Source of the DNA: a virus
Taxonomy: Duplodnaviria; Caudoviricetes
DNA: 64,000 nt
Strand: one strand, 5' to 3'
Virus record (IMG/VR): IMGVR_UViG_3300020420_000671
Shown piece after piece: positions 51,203-63,057 of this stretch. A program made the translations under genes and the position numbers. The notes beneath the pieces are model-generated. The model saw only the letters and a program-made list of their open reading frames with translations. It searched no databases and had not been told where the DNA came from. Position 1 is the first letter of the stretch. Every line of letters begins with the position of its first letter.

Positions 51203-54200
51203 ATGGCTAGACAAGATATTTATTTAGGGGTTGAAGGTAACGACGGTACTGGTGATAGTATTCGTGAAGCATTTAAAAAAGCTAACGAAAACTTTACTGA
51301 ACTTTATGCTGTATTTGGACAAGGCGGAACAATCAGCTTTACAGCATTAAGTGATACACCCACAGCTATTACACCAAACGGACTTCTAATAGGTAACACG
51401 ACCGGAACAGAATTAATACAAAAAACATTAACAGGTGGTACAGGTATATCAATTGATAATACAAGTGCTACAAACATTACAATAACAAACACTGGTGCTA
51501 ATATTAATGCTGACACTAGTCCTATACTAGGTGGACCATTAAGTGGTAATGCTGTTTATCCTATAGGAAAAATTAACACATCTACTGCCGCTGTAGCAGA
51601 ATTTAATCAAACTCATGCTTCACAAATTACAATAGATGACCTTGTAACAGATAAAAAATATCAAGATAAAAATTACGCACCTCATACAGTCACACAAACT
51701 AATAAATCTGTGTATGCTAGATCTGAACCGACTAATGATGCGGAATACACACAAACAATTACAGAATATAGATCAGGTAACGTTGTAATATCCAACCATG
51801 GATTTGATAACAGCTTCAATGGTACACAATGGAAATATTCGACTACAAATACAGCACCAAATGGATTGACAAACAACACTGATTATTTTGTTAGATTTGT
51901 TTCTTCAGATCAACTCAGTCTACACACAACTAAAACTGAGGCACAAAATGATGACGATCTTACAAGAGTAAAAGTCAACATAGGTTTAGGATCAACAACT
52001 GCCGTAACAGGTACAGATGTAATTAAAGATCAAAGTTATAATGAAAGTTTATATGGTAATTACAGAATTGACGAAGTCATGCCGAGAAATGCTTCAGTTA
52101 GAAGACAGGGAGATGAATTAGCAGGACCTTTATATCTTTCAGACCATCCTGGTTATCTACAAGGCACTACAGGCCCTATAGAAGATAGACAAGCGGCTTC
52201 AAAACTTTATGTTGATAATTCTTCTTATGCGAGTACTGAAGATCTTTTTGTAACAAAACAAGGTGATGATACCCAAGCTAATACTCCAGTTGGTTTTGAA
52301 GGAAGAGGATTAAGCTATGCTTTTGGAAGTTTAAAAGCGGCGGCTTTAAAAGCACAAGAGATAATGGAGTCAGCACCAATAGAACCTGGTGCTTATAGAC
52401 AAACTATTACGTTCAATGCCGGCGACGGAATTTCATTAGTTACAAAATCTGAAACTAAAACACCTAACTCTGCGGCATCGAGTGCTATAAAATATTTACA
52501 AGGAAGTAAAAAGTTTGTACAAAAATCTGTAGTAGATTATGTAAAAGATAATTTTCCTACACACAGTTTCTTTGATACAAATGTTATTAATACAAACACA
52601 GAAAGTTTGTTATTTAAAAATAAAAAATTTATACAAGAAGAAGTTACAGCCTGGATTAATTATCAAATCAACACAGGAGCAACTGTAAGCTATAGTGATG
52701 GTACTGCTGACTTTACAGGATTCAAATACAGTTCAGCAAAATGTAAAAGAGATGTAGGATACATTGTTGACGCTTGGGAAAATGATTTAGCCAGAGGCGG
52801 AAACATTGAAACACGTAGAATAGCTTCAAGTTATCTAGCTGGTGCTGTGAATGCTGTAAACAAAAATACAAGTAACGCAGGTAATACTGTCAACCAAATA
52901 GCCCAAACAAATGCCGCAATCGAATTTGCTAGAGATTTAGTTAAGGATTATATTTTAACAGGAACAGCTTATCCTACAAAACAGGGATACTTCCAAGTTA
53001 ATGCTTCTAACTTAACTGGTACTGGTTTTAGATTTTATATTGGTACATCATCATACGCCAATGCTTATGTAAATGGTGGACTAGTTACCAAATCAGATGG
53101 AACACAACTTAACGTAAGCACATTCACATATGATTATACAACAGGATTTGCCGATGTAGTTACAACTACGACACATGGATTATCAGCAGGTAATACAGTA
53201 CAGCTAACTGGTATAAATGTTTCCTGTACATATGAAGGTTCAACACAGCAAAAAGTATATCCAGAACTTGTAAGTCAAGCAAACTGTTATAAATTTACAG
53301 TACAGAACACGGGTTACTTAGGAACAGCTCCTACATCAAATCAATTACAAATTTACGTAGGTCCAAGTAAGTACGGACACACTTATGTAAGTGGTGGTAC
53401 CATAAAAGGAACTTTAACAGAATTTTCTCCAACAGGAGCAACTTACAATCCTGCGACAGGAGATATGGTAATTACCATAGGTAACCATACCCTCACTACT
53501 TCTAACACAATTGAAATAGAACCAAACAGTTTTACGTTTACATGTGCCAAAGATAACAATGCTACATTACATTCTTATCCTAGAAAAGAATCTGTAACAT
53601 CATCGCCAAGCAGTGATCCAGCATACAATACAGCTTTAGCTATTACGGCAGTAGGCAGTACAACAATAACAGTTAATGTAGGTATATCTTCTGATACAAG
53701 TGTACACACTTTCGTAGGAGCAAGAACAAATGCTGTCAAGTATTACTCAGAAAGTAACACAATTACTGGTTTCAATTATAGTAACACAACAGGTTATGCT
53801 ACAATAACAACTTCAAATACACATAGTTTAGTAGCAGGAAACAAAGTCGAATTAGCTGACATTTATCTATCTTGTACAGCACCAACAGCAAGTAATACAT
53901 ATTACCCACAACCAATTTACGCAGATTACGGAACTGGTAACAAAGATATTCCTGGTAGAGCAAATACTCTTACAGAACTTATTGTAGATGTGATTGCTAA
54001 TGGATTAGGAAAAGTGCCTGCTCCAGTACAACCAGAAAAAGCTAACAACACTTGTGAAAGAGATTTGGGACTTATAATCGATGGTATGATAATCGATATT
54101 AGAAACGGAACAAATTCAAACTTCAACGCATTACAAGCGGCCAAGAGATATTTCAGTACACCTAGTGGAGCAAAAGCAAGAATAAGTCAAAAGACAGAAA

Positions 54201-57200
54201 CACTTGCGGCTATAACAAAAGCAAAATCCTATGTTAGAAGCGTTGTTTCTAATACAGATTTAAAAAGACAATCAAGATTATTCACAGTTGAAAGTGCTAA
54301 TTTATCAGGCACACAATTCCAAGTTGCCGTAGGTACTTCTAATACAGTTCATACTTACATCAGAGGTGGTACTGTTACTTTTGGAAATCAACAGTTTGCT
54401 ATAAACAATTTTGCTTATGATAATGTTACAGGAAAAGGTTTAATAACTACTACAACCACACACGGATTAACCACAGGTAATGTTGTTCAATTAGACGGTA
54501 TTGTATTTGAATGTAATACCGGTATCAAGGAGTATCCAGGAGAATTTTCAACAGACATTCCACAATACTTAGATAGCACTCTTTCAACAGTATCTGATAC
54601 AATTAAAAACGCATTAGATAATCAGTTTGATATTATTTTAGATATTTTAACAAACGGCTTTACAGCAGTAGATACTTATACAGTGGTTGAAGGTAGTACA
54701 TACAAGATTCAATTTAGTAATGGTGGATCAAACTACTACACTGACCAAGGTATAAACAGTAACGTAGATATTCTTCCAGGAAAAATTATTGTAGGTAAAA
54801 CTACCGGAGCAAGAGGTAGAATTGTAAAATATACAAGTGGTGTAGATTTAGGTAACGTTGCTTACGACGAAGTTGAAGTTGTATTAGTTGAGCCAAAAGA
54901 ATTTAGAATTGGTGAAGAACTAGAATATGGTAACGGAACAAAAGAGAAACAAATTTGTATCCATGTTGAATCAGGAATATACTACGAAGATTATCCTATT
55001 AAAGTTCCTGACAACGTATCAATTAAGGGAACAGACTTTAGACGTTGTCAAATCAGACCGGCACCGAGAATTTCTCAATCACCTTGGGCTAAAACTTATT
55101 TTTATAGAGATAAACTTTTAGACAATCTACAAATTACAGACTTTACCGGAGCAGACATTGCTACGGCACAAGATATTACAATTACAGGTACTAATGAAGC
55201 AGGCGGAGTTATTACTGTTACTCCAGCAGACAATATCGCTCCTATTGCTTGGGACGGTGCTTGGTTCTATACAGACAACGGCGCAGTTGGATTAATTTCA
55301 AACGCTGATGGTGGAAGTGACTTCAATGTTACTTTGACTGTAGATATTTTACCAAACTTGTCTAATATAAGTTCAGGTGCTTGGCATGTTAAGAAAACTG
55401 TCAATTACGGATATCACTATCTAACTGATCCAGGTGACGCAACTAGTGTGGCCAAACGTAACGACCAAATGGATGTATTCTTAATGAATGATGCTACAAG
55501 GTTAGCAAACATGTCATTCCAAGGACACGGTGGTTTTGCTCAGGTACTTGATCCAGCAGGACAAGTTCTTATTAAATCTCCATACACACAGGTTTGTGGA
55601 TCATTCTCAGGAAGTGTTAACAAACAAGCATTTAGAGGTGGTATGTTTATTGACGGTTTCTCAGGAAACTTAGAAACTGTTATCACAAGCAAAGATGACA
55701 ATTATACATTGAATGTTCAATCAGCTGTCGGAACAGGTTTGAGAATAAGAAAACCACAAACACCTGCTCCGTTCTTTATTAACGGTGTACGTTATCAGGT
55801 TGATGCTATATCAGAATATGATGGTGGAGCAGGAACAGGTAAACTTTTAATCAACAAACTTTCAAACGAAGGAAACGGCTACACTGATGCTATTCCAGGA
55901 AGTGGTACAGCTATATTCATTCAGACTGCTGGTAATAGGTCAATGTTGGCAAATGACTATACTCAGGTTAACGACTTAGGTTACGGATTATTTGTTAACA
56001 ACGCAGGTCTTTCAGAACAAGTTTCAACATTCACATACTACAACCACATAGCGTTCTTTAGTAACAACGGTTCAGAGATTAGAGCTCTTAACTGTTCTAA
56101 CGCAAATGGTAACTTTGGTTTAGTTGCGGCAGGATCAGATCCAAATGAAACTGTTGATGCTATTACTTCATTAAGAACTATGCAACAGCCTGCTAAGGTT
56201 TACAATGATGCTAGTAACACATACGGCTTCGGTGCTATTTCACATGCGGCTGGTGTTAACACAATCCATTTATATGATTGTGATTACCATCCATATCCTA
56301 ACAGTTTAATTGATGTTTACACTAGGGATGGAAGCGGAAACATCACAGCATTGAACACATATGAAGTCACAGCGGTATCGGCACTATCTGTTCCTACTTC
56401 TAACTCAGGAGGATACACGGGTGCTACAGGTCCTACAGGACGTAAAGGTGCTAACCAAACAATTTACAGATGTAACATATCAGGTGATACTGGATTAGCA
56501 AGTGCCATTACAGGTGACCATAATGTAAACTTGGCATCAGATGCTTCTCCTTACGTGATAATGAGAATGAATAAAAACCACTTGTTCTCAGGAGTATCAG
56601 GTGTTACAAGTATTAGACCATCAACAGCTTTGATATTTGATGAAAACTTAGATCAAGTTTATAGAACAATTAGCTTCAACAATCAAGACTCTGATAACAG
56701 TGCACTTGCGGCTGATAGGTTCCAAATAGTTTTTGATTCAGGATTTAAACATCTAAACCTTACAGTAAATCAAACAGAAGCTGTGAATAACACATACGCT
56801 GGTGCTGGTACAACAATGGGAGCAACGGTAGGTGACGTTGTAATTGCTATTGAAAAACTAACAGCGGCAGGTATTGCTAGAATCAATAATAACGATATGA
56901 TATTTGCTTGGGGAGGTAAACTTCACCAAGTATCAAACTACACGGATAGAACAACATTCGCTACAATTAATTTGTCCGATGTTGCGGCTTCTAATATTAA
57001 TAGTAATAACGGATTGTACACTGGTTCTGGTATAGCTAAAAAGGTTTATAGTGCTGGCGGAACTACAGCGATTACATTGACACTATCATTAGCGTCAAAT
57101 GAAGCGGCTAACATAACAGTTGGTATTTCAACATTAAGAGCAAACGGACATGACTTTGATAAAATTGGTACTGGTGGATTTAATACTACTAACTATCCTA

Positions 57201-59089
57201 GCATTATTTACGGTGAACCAGTTAACTCAGCTACACAGGCAAATGAAGTAAACGAAAGAGGAAAAGGTAGAGTATTCTTTGCTTCTACAGACCAAGACGG
57301 ATTCTTTAGAGTTGGTAAGTTCTTCAGTGTTGACCAAGGAACAGGTACAGTTACTTTTGCGGCATCGATTGCTATTAGTAACTTAGATGGACTAGGCTTT
57401 AAGCAAGGTGTTAGAATTACAGAATTTAGTAACGATGATACAATGGCAGATGCTGATCCAGCCGCGGTACCTACAGAATTTGCCGCTGAAGCATTCTTGA
57501 CAAGAAGATTACATTTCGATAGAACAGGAGCTTTACAAACAGTTGGTACAATAGGTCCTGGTGCGTTAGCAAGAGACGGTACAACACCTTTAACAGGAAA
57601 TTTAAATGCTGGTGGAACTAATAAAATATTTAACATGGCGGACCCAACCAATCAACAGGATGGGGCAACTAAATCATATGTAGATGCTAGAACTCCATTT
57701 GGCTCAGAAGCTATAGGAGTTAACATTGCCAACAGACAAACAAATGACTTCTTGGCATATACTGGTTCTAGTTACGACAACGTTACTCCAGCAGGTGACA
57801 TTGGCATTAGTGTCACAGGAAATATCGCTACATTTTCAATTACAGCAGATTCTATTGTAAACGCTGATGTAAACACAAACGCCGGTATAGCTCAAAGCAA
57901 GTTGGCAATGAATGCGGCAACTACAAGAGCTAATTCTACAGGCATTGCTCAAAGTGATTTAGGACTAGCAAGTTTTGACTCAGGTGACTTTACTGTAACA
58001 AATGGTTTTGTAACTTTAAAAGAAGGTAGTGTTGATTACGCAGACTTACCTGATATGGCGGCAAAAACTGTACTAGCAAATATAACCGCAGGCACAGCAG
58101 ACACAGTTGCAGTTACTATTGATGATTTAATTGACAACTATAGTAAATTCACAACTACTGGTGTTGCTTCTAGAATTGTACAAACTGGTACAGATGGTAG
58201 TATAGACGCACAGAAATTTAAACTTGATAACTATGATATCTTAGACCAAACTAACTTAACAATGACTCTTAAAACACCTGGTGGTGCTAAGGTATTTGAT
58301 ACTGTCGGATCAGTAGCAAGTAACACAACTACAACATTCCCAGGTACTATACAGATAGGTGACACAGATACTGCGGCATCTTTCTTCCAAAAGAATAGTA
58401 GCTATGGAGATCCAAGTGATGCTACACTTAACGAACCAAGATTAGCAAGTGATTGGGTATACACTTCATTTATAGAAGCTCCAGGAGAAAAGGGAGCATC
58501 TTCAACAGGTATAGCTGTAGGAGCAGGTACAGGATTTACAGCCGCAGGTGAAATAGCAGTCATAGCAAACAACAATGTGGCGGCTATTAAATTTACACAA
58601 ACAGCGGCAAGCCCTTCAAGTAATAATGGATATGCTTTAGGAACATCTGCTTTAAGATATTCTACAGTTTATGCTACAGCATTAGATGGTTTGGCAACTT
58701 CAGCAAAATACGCTGACTTGGCAGAAAACTATCTAGCAGATAATGATTACGAAGTAGGAACCGTGCTTATATTTGGTGGTGAACAAGAACTTACTACAAC
58801 AAATATTAAGGGAGATACCAAGGTAGCAGGTGTTGTTTCAGAAAATCCAGCACACTTAATGAACAGCCAATTAGAAGGTGACCATGTTACGCCATTGGCA
58901 CTACAAGGTAGAACTCCTTGTAAAGTAATTGGCACAGTCAAAAAAGGTGACATGATTGTTACAAGTGCGGTAGCAGGATACGGTATGGTAAACAACGTAC
59001 CAGGTATAGGAACAATAATTGGTAAAGCAGTGGGCACAAAAGATGATGACGGACATGGCATTGTTGAAGTTGTGATAGGGAGAGTATAA
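51203..59089 (+). CDS. Giant (2628 aa) tail/baseplate fibre protein
   Basis: gp9/gp10-type N-terminus (GNDGTGDSIREAFKKANENFTELY), internal repeats, beta-helix-like region, C-terminal ADLAENY..D..YE.GTV...ALQGR.PCKV chaperone-like domain. Confidence 0.85.
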   Translation: MARQDIYLGVEGNDGTGDSIREAFKKANENFTELYAVFGQGGTISFTALSDTPTAITPNGLLIGNTTGTELIQKTLTGGTGISIDNTSATNITITNTGANINADTSPILGGPLSGNAVYPIGKINTSTAAVAEFNQTHASQITIDDLVTDKKYQDKNYAPHTVTQTNKSVYARSEPTNDAEYTQTITEYRSGNVVISNHGFDNSFNGTQWKYSTTNTAPNGLTNNTDYFVRFVSSDQLSLHTTKTEAQNDDDLTRVKVNIGLGSTTAVTGTDVIKDQSYNESLYGNYRIDEVMPRNASVRRQGDELAGPLYLSDHPGYLQGTTGPIEDRQAASKLYVDNSSYASTEDLFVTKQGDDTQANTPVGFEGRGLSYAFGSLKAAALKAQEIMESAPIEPGAYRQTITFNAGDGISLVTKSETKTPNSAASSAIKYLQGSKKFVQKSVVDYVKDNFPTHSFFDTNVINTNTESLLFKNKKFIQEEVTAWINYQINTGATVSYSDGTADFTGFKYSSAKCKRDVGYIVDAWENDLARGGNIETRRIASSYLAGAVNAVNKNTSNAGNTVNQIAQTNAAIEFARDLVKDYILTGTAYPTKQGYFQVNASNLTGTGFRFYIGTSSYANAYVNGGLVTKSDGTQLNVSTFTYDYTTGFADVVTTTTHGLSAGNTVQLTGINVSCTYEGSTQQKVYPELVSQANCYKFTVQNTGYLGTAPTSNQLQIYVGPSKYGHTYVSGGTIKGTLTEFSPTGATYNPATGDMVITIGNHTLTTSNTIEIEPNSFTFTCAKDNNATLHSYPRKESVTSSPSSDPAYNTALAITAVGSTTITVNVGISSDTSVHTFVGARTNAVKYYSESNTITGFNYSNTTGYATITTSNTHSLVAGNKVELADIYLSCTAPTASNTYYPQPIYADYGTGNKDIPGRANTLTELIVDVIANGLGKVPAPVQPEKANNTCERDLGLIIDGMIIDIRNGTNSNFNALQAAKRYFSTPSGAKARISQKTETLAAITKAKSYVRSVVSNTDLKRQSRLFTVESANLSGTQFQVAVGTSNTVHTYIRGGTVTFGNQQFAINNFAYDNVTGKGLITTTTTHGLTTGNVVQLDGIVFECNTGIKEYPGEFSTDIPQYLDSTLSTVSDTIKNALDNQFDIILDILTNGFTAVDTYTVVEGSTYKIQFSNGGSNYYTDQGINSNVDILPGKIIVGKTTGARGRIVKYTSGVDLGNVAYDEVEVVLVEPKEFRIGEELEYGNGTKEKQICIHVESGIYYEDYPIKVPDNVSIKGTDFRRCQIRPAPRISQSPWAKTYFYRDKLLDNLQITDFTGADIATAQDITITGTNEAGGVITVTPADNIAPIAWDGAWFYTDNGAVGLISNADGGSDFNVTLTVDILPNLSNISSGAWHVKKTVNYGYHYLTDPGDATSVAKRNDQMDVFLMNDATRLANMSFQGHGGFAQVLDPAGQVLIKSPYTQVCGSFSGSVNKQAFRGGMFIDGFSGNLETVITSKDDNYTLNVQSAVGTGLRIRKPQTPAPFFINGVRYQVDAISEYDGGAGTGKLLINKLSNEGNGYTDAIPGSGTAIFIQTAGNRSMLANDYTQVNDLGYGLFVNNAGLSEQVSTFTYYNHIAFFSNNGSEIRALNCSNANGNFGLVAAGSDPNETVDAITSLRTMQQPAKVYNDASNTYGFGAISHAAGVNTIHLYDCDYHPYPNSLIDVYTRDGSGNITALNTYEVTAVSALSVPTSNSGGYTGATGPTGRKGANQTIYRCNISGDTGLASAITGDHNVNLASDASPYVIMRMNKNHLFSGVSGVTSIRPSTALIFDENLDQVYRTISFNNQDSDNSALAADRFQIVFDSGFKHLNLTVNQTEAVNNTYAGAGTTMGATVGDVVIAIEKLTAAGIARINNNDMIFAWGGKLHQVSNYTDRTTFATINLSDVAASNINSNNGLYTGSGIAKKVYSAGGTTAITLTLSLASNEAANITVGISTLRANGHDFDKIGTGGFNTTNYPSIIYGEPVNSATQANEVNERGKGRVFFASTDQDGFFRVGKFFSVDQGTGTVTFAASIAISNLDGLGFKQGVRITEFSNDDTMADADPAAVPTEFAAEAFLTRRLHFDRTGALQTVGTIGPGALARDGTTPLTGNLNAGGTNKIFNMADPTNQQDGATKSYVDARTPFGSEAIGVNIANRQTNDFLAYTGSSYDNVTPAGDIGISVTGNIATFSITADSIVNADVNTNAGIAQSKLAMNAATTRANSTGIAQSDLGLASFDSGDFTVTNGFVTLKEGSVDYADLPDMAAKTVLANITAGTADTVAVTIDDLIDNYSKFTTTGVASRIVQTGTDGSIDAQKFKLDNYDILDQTNLTMTLKTPGGAKVFDTVGSVASNTTTTFPGTIQIGDTDTAASFFQKNSSYGDPSDATLNEPRLASDWVYTSFIEAPGEKGASSTGIAVGAGTGFTAAGEIAVIANNNVAAIKFTQTAASPSSNNGYALGTSALRYSTVYATALDGLATSAKYADLAENYLADNDYEVGTVLIFGGEQELTTTNIKGDTKVAGVVSENPAHLMNSQLEGDHVTPLALQGRTPCKVIGTVKKGDMIVTSAVAGYGMVNNVPGIGTIIGKAVGTKDDDGHGIVEVVIGRV

Positions 59090-59370
59090 TGGCTATTCTA
59101 ACTATAAACATAGGAACAAGTGCTAACAAGGGCGATGGCGATCCGTTAAGAGTTGCGTTCGATAAAATTAACAAAAACTTTGCTGAACTTGATCTTACTA
59201 ATACTAAAAGAGATGTTGTTGGTTCAGTGTTCGCAGATGATTCTACTTTATTAGTAGATGCTGTTAATGGAGTGATACCAGGTTATGTAAGTTTACAAAC
59301 TTTAAAAACTGTGGCGGCGGCAAGCACAGACTTTGCTGATTTTAAAACAAGAATAGCGAACCTGACATAG
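59089..59370 (+). CDS. Mini baseplate protein (stand-alone gp9/gp10-type N-terminal module)
   Basis: INIGTSANKGDGDPLRVAFDKINKNFAEL. Confidence 0.7.
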   Translation: MAILTINIGTSANKGDGDPLRVAFDKINKNFAELDLTNTKRDVVGSVFADDSTLLVDAVNGVIPGYVSLQTLKTVAAASTDFADFKTRIANLT

Positions 59371-59385
59371 AGAGGATGATTAAAT

Positions 59386-61425
59386 ATGGCAAATAGATTT
59401 CCAATTATAGTTGACAGAGATGATCAAAACAAGCTAAAAGAATTACCGTCAGGTGATAATCTCGATCTTACAGGATCAGGTATAGTTGGTGCTGGAAATA
59501 TATCAGCAACTGGGCTTACAATTAATAATATTAGCTATAATCCATTTAGCGGTAGTTGGAACGATCTAGCAGATAAACCAACAGTAGCGGCAACAACAAC
59601 GGACTTACCAGAAGGCACTAATCAATACTTTACCAACGAGCGAGTAGATGATAGAGTTGCGGCAGTCCTAAGAGAAGGTACTGGAATAGATATCCAGTAT
59701 GACGATCTTAATGGCACTATCACAATTACAAATACAGGAACAAGCAGTGGAGGTAGTGGAGGACTTGCTCCAGCAACAAACTTTGACGGATTAGCAAATA
59801 ATCAAATTATTAAATATTCAACAACAGGTAATACCGATGGCGGAGCGGCATGGGTAAACGGAAGCATTAACTACAGTGAAATTGTTGGAACACCTAGTCT
59901 TGCTACTGTAGCTACCACTGGTAGTTACACTAATCTTACAAATAAACCTACTTTGGTAGATGACATAAGTGATTTAGCTGATGTAGATACTATTTCTAAT
60001 CCTCCAGCAACAGGACAAGTCTTAAAATGGGACGGTGGCAAATGGGCACCAGCAGATGATATTACAACAGGAGGTTCAGGCCTAAACGCAGATACACTAG
60101 ATGGATTTGATGGATCTTATTATTTAAATTATGTTAACTTAACAAATAAGCCAACCTTATTCGATAGTCAGTTTAGTTCATTAACAGGAACTCCTACAAC
60201 TTTATCAGGTTATGGAATTACAGATGCCATTAGTTCTAATCAAAGCTATACGCAAAACGGATCCATTACAATTAATGATGACAATGGATTACAAATCGGC
60301 GGCAGTTCCATAAGTAAGGTTTCATTAGGTATTACAGGCGGTAATGTTGTTTTACAAAATTTAGTTAATGAACAAGACTTTGAAATAAAAGTCAAACCTA
60401 TTGCTGGTGTAACTACAGCATTAAAAGTTGATACAGGTTCTGGTAGAGTAGGTATATATAAAACTACACCAACAAGAACACTAGACGTTGGAGGCGACGT
60501 TGGCGCTACAAACTTCTTTGGTGGCGGATCAAACTTAACAGGTATTACTCTTACACAGGTTACTACAGCTGGATCAGAAACAACTAACAGCGTGAGTTTT
60601 GGAAACGTAAATCCATCAGCTGATAGTGCTTATAGTTTAGGGTCTAACACTATTAGATGGGCAAACACTTATACAGATAACTTATCTATTGACGGAGGTT
60701 CAACATTCGCAGATGGAGCATTAAGTATTAAAACAGGCACAGGTAGTGTAGCTAGGATTGATTTATATTGTGAAACAAACAATGTCCATTACGTAAGAAT
60801 AGAACCACCAGCACATGCCAACTATACTGGAAATGTCACACTTACATTACCCAACACTTCAGGTACTATTGCTCGTACAGCAGATATTCCTACTGTACCA
60901 TCAACTATAAGTTCATTCACAAATGACTCAGGTTATATTACAGATATTACAGCACAAAGTATTAACAGCCTTAGTGATGTTACGATTACAAGTGTACAAA
61001 ACGATCAAATTTTAAAATACAATAGCTCATCAGGAAAATGGGAGAACGGCACAGGCGGTGGCCAGGTTGGAAACTTTACATTATCTAGTAGTGTAATTGA
61101 TACTGACGATAGTTCACAAATTGTTATGACACCAAGTGTTAGAATGAGCAGTGACTTAACTGTTGACGGAAATCTAACTGCTCAAAGATTTACAGCAGAC
61201 AGTTTTGAAAGTTCAGGAGTAGGTACGCCTCAAATAGATAGTGCTAGTTCAATAGAACTTATAGCACAGGATCAAGTTAAAATAACTAATAGTCCATTGA
61301 GATTGGCAAGTTTCACTACTACCCAAAGAGATGCATTAACGGCCGGCAACGGAGATACTATTTACAATACAACGACCAATAAGTTCCAAGGATATGCAAA
61401 CGGTGCTTGGGTTGATTTACATTAA
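59386..61425 (+). CDS. Tail fibre protein
   Basis: T/S/G-rich; repeated SYTNLTNKP and LSDLADV.../LKWDG..W motifs. Confidence 0.8.
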   Translation: MANRFPIIVDRDDQNKLKELPSGDNLDLTGSGIVGAGNISATGLTINNISYNPFSGSWNDLADKPTVAATTTDLPEGTNQYFTNERVDDRVAAVLREGTGIDIQYDDLNGTITITNTGTSSGGSGGLAPATNFDGLANNQIIKYSTTGNTDGGAAWVNGSINYSEIVGTPSLATVATTGSYTNLTNKPTLVDDISDLADVDTISNPPATGQVLKWDGGKWAPADDITTGGSGLNADTLDGFDGSYYLNYVNLTNKPTLFDSQFSSLTGTPTTLSGYGITDAISSNQSYTQNGSITINDDNGLQIGGSSISKVSLGITGGNVVLQNLVNEQDFEIKVKPIAGVTTALKVDTGSGRVGIYKTTPTRTLDVGGDVGATNFFGGGSNLTGITLTQVTTAGSETTNSVSFGNVNPSADSAYSLGSNTIRWANTYTDNLSIDGGSTFADGALSIKTGTGSVARIDLYCETNNVHYVRIEPPAHANYTGNVTLTLPNTSGTIARTADIPTVPSTISSFTNDSGYITDITAQSINSLSDVTITSVQNDQILKYNSSSGKWENGTGGGQVGNFTLSSSVIDTDDSSQIVMTPSVRMSSDLTVDGNLTAQRFTADSFESSGVGTPQIDSASSIELIAQDQVKITNSPLRLASFTTTQRDALTAGNGDTIYNTTTNKFQGYANGAWVDLH

Positions 61426-61434
61426 GGAGCAGAC

Positions 61435-63039
61435 ATGAGTGAAAAAGAATATGTTGTTACCTTAAACAAAGGTGTAGACTACTCACAATTCAATCAAGAA
61501 ATGATTGCTTCGACTGGAGCAGGAGATATTCCAGATAGAACTGTTGATGTAGCTAACGCTAGACACTTGTCTACAAGAAACACACACTACGCCTTAACAG
61601 ATGCTGAAGCTGTAGCATTAAGAAATGACGCAAGAGTGACTGACGTACAACTTCGTCCAGAAGACAGAGATGATATTGAAATTGGATATGATGCTATACA
61701 GACGGCAGATTTTAACAAATCATCTGCAGACTCAGGAGATTACAGAGACTGGGGTAAAATAAGACATAGCTTTGTAGAAAACAAATATGGAACATCAACT
61801 TCTTTAAGTTCAAATCCATTTGATAGACCTTATTCAATGGATGGAACTGGTGTAGACGTTGTTATACAAGATAGCGGTCTACAGGTAGACCATCCTGAAT
61901 TTAGAGATGCTGACGGAAACAGCAGAGTACAATTAATTGATTGGTTTGCTGAATCAGGAGTTACAGGATCACAAGATGCTAACCATTATAGAGATTATGA
62001 TGGACACGGTACACATTGCGGAGGAACAGCAACCGGATTAAATTTTGGTTGGGCCAGTAACGCTAGAGTGTATAGTGTTAAGGTAGGTGGATTGGAAGGT
62101 AGTGGAGATTCAGGAACAGGTATAAGTATCAGTAGTTGTTTTGATGTAATCAAAGGCTGGCATCAAAACAAACCGATTGATCCAAAGACAGGATATAAAC
62201 GTCCAACCATTGTAAATGCTAGTTGGGGTTACAGTGGAAACATAGGAAGTAGTTTTAGCAACATAGAAAGCTATGTGTATAGAGGAGTAACTTATAACTC
62301 AAGCACAGCAGGCTGGTCAAGCACAACAGCATATCATAGAGACACATATGGATTTTATCCTTATTATAGATTTCCAGTTTACAGATATCCATTAAGGGTA
62401 GCTGATGTTGATGCTGATGTACAAGATTGTATAGATGCTGGTGTACATATTTGTATAGCCGCAGGTAATAATAGTTTCAAAGCAGATACTTCCGTAGGGC
62501 CAGGAGTTGATTACGATAATGTAATTTTTTGGAGTGGTGGTTCAAACAATTACTATCACAGAGGCAGTTCACCTTTTGATGAAACAGCTAACATGGTAGG
62601 TTGTACAGATAGCACTCCTGAAAACGCAACAACAGAAAGAAAGACTAGTTTCAGCACAACAGGACCTGGGGTGTCAATATTTGCCGCTGGTGAAAATATT
62701 ATGAGCTGTTTCAGTACAACAAATAGATATACTGATGGTGCGTACTTTGGAGACAGCAGTTTCAGAGTAGGAAATATAAGCGGAACATCAATGGCATCAC
62801 CACAGGTATGCGGAGTGGGTGCTTTATATTTACAAGCTGATCCTAGCTTAACTCCAGCCCAATTGAAAAATAAATTAGAAAATGATGCCTTGGCAGTTTT
62901 GAAAGATGAATCAAACAACGCTAACTACGGTGACACAACAGATATATGTGGTGCTGAAAACAGAATGTTGTTTAATAGATACAATAGAGCAAATCCTTAT
63001 ACTAGTAACATATACGGTATGAGAAAAAAGAATAGGTAA
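61435..63039 (+). CDS. Subtilisin-like (S8) serine protease
   Basis: Triad motifs VIQDSG, HGTHCGG, GTSMASP; AAGN oxyanion Asn; prodomain-like N-terminus. Confidence 0.92.
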   Translation: MSEKEYVVTLNKGVDYSQFNQEMIASTGAGDIPDRTVDVANARHLSTRNTHYALTDAEAVALRNDARVTDVQLRPEDRDDIEIGYDAIQTADFNKSSADSGDYRDWGKIRHSFVENKYGTSTSLSSNPFDRPYSMDGTGVDVVIQDSGLQVDHPEFRDADGNSRVQLIDWFAESGVTGSQDANHYRDYDGHGTHCGGTATGLNFGWASNARVYSVKVGGLEGSGDSGTGISISSCFDVIKGWHQNKPIDPKTGYKRPTIVNASWGYSGNIGSSFSNIESYVYRGVTYNSSTAGWSSTTAYHRDTYGFYPYYRFPVYRYPLRVADVDADVQDCIDAGVHICIAAGNNSFKADTSVGPGVDYDNVIFWSGGSNNYYHRGSSPFDETANMVGCTDSTPENATTERKTSFSTTGPGVSIFAAGENIMSCFSTTNRYTDGAYFGDSSFRVGNISGTSMASPQVCGVGALYLQADPSLTPAQLKNKLENDALAVLKDESNNANYGDTTDICGAENRMLFNRYNRANPYTSNIYGMRKKNR

Positions 63040-63057
63040 ATACAGTAGGAAACAGAT

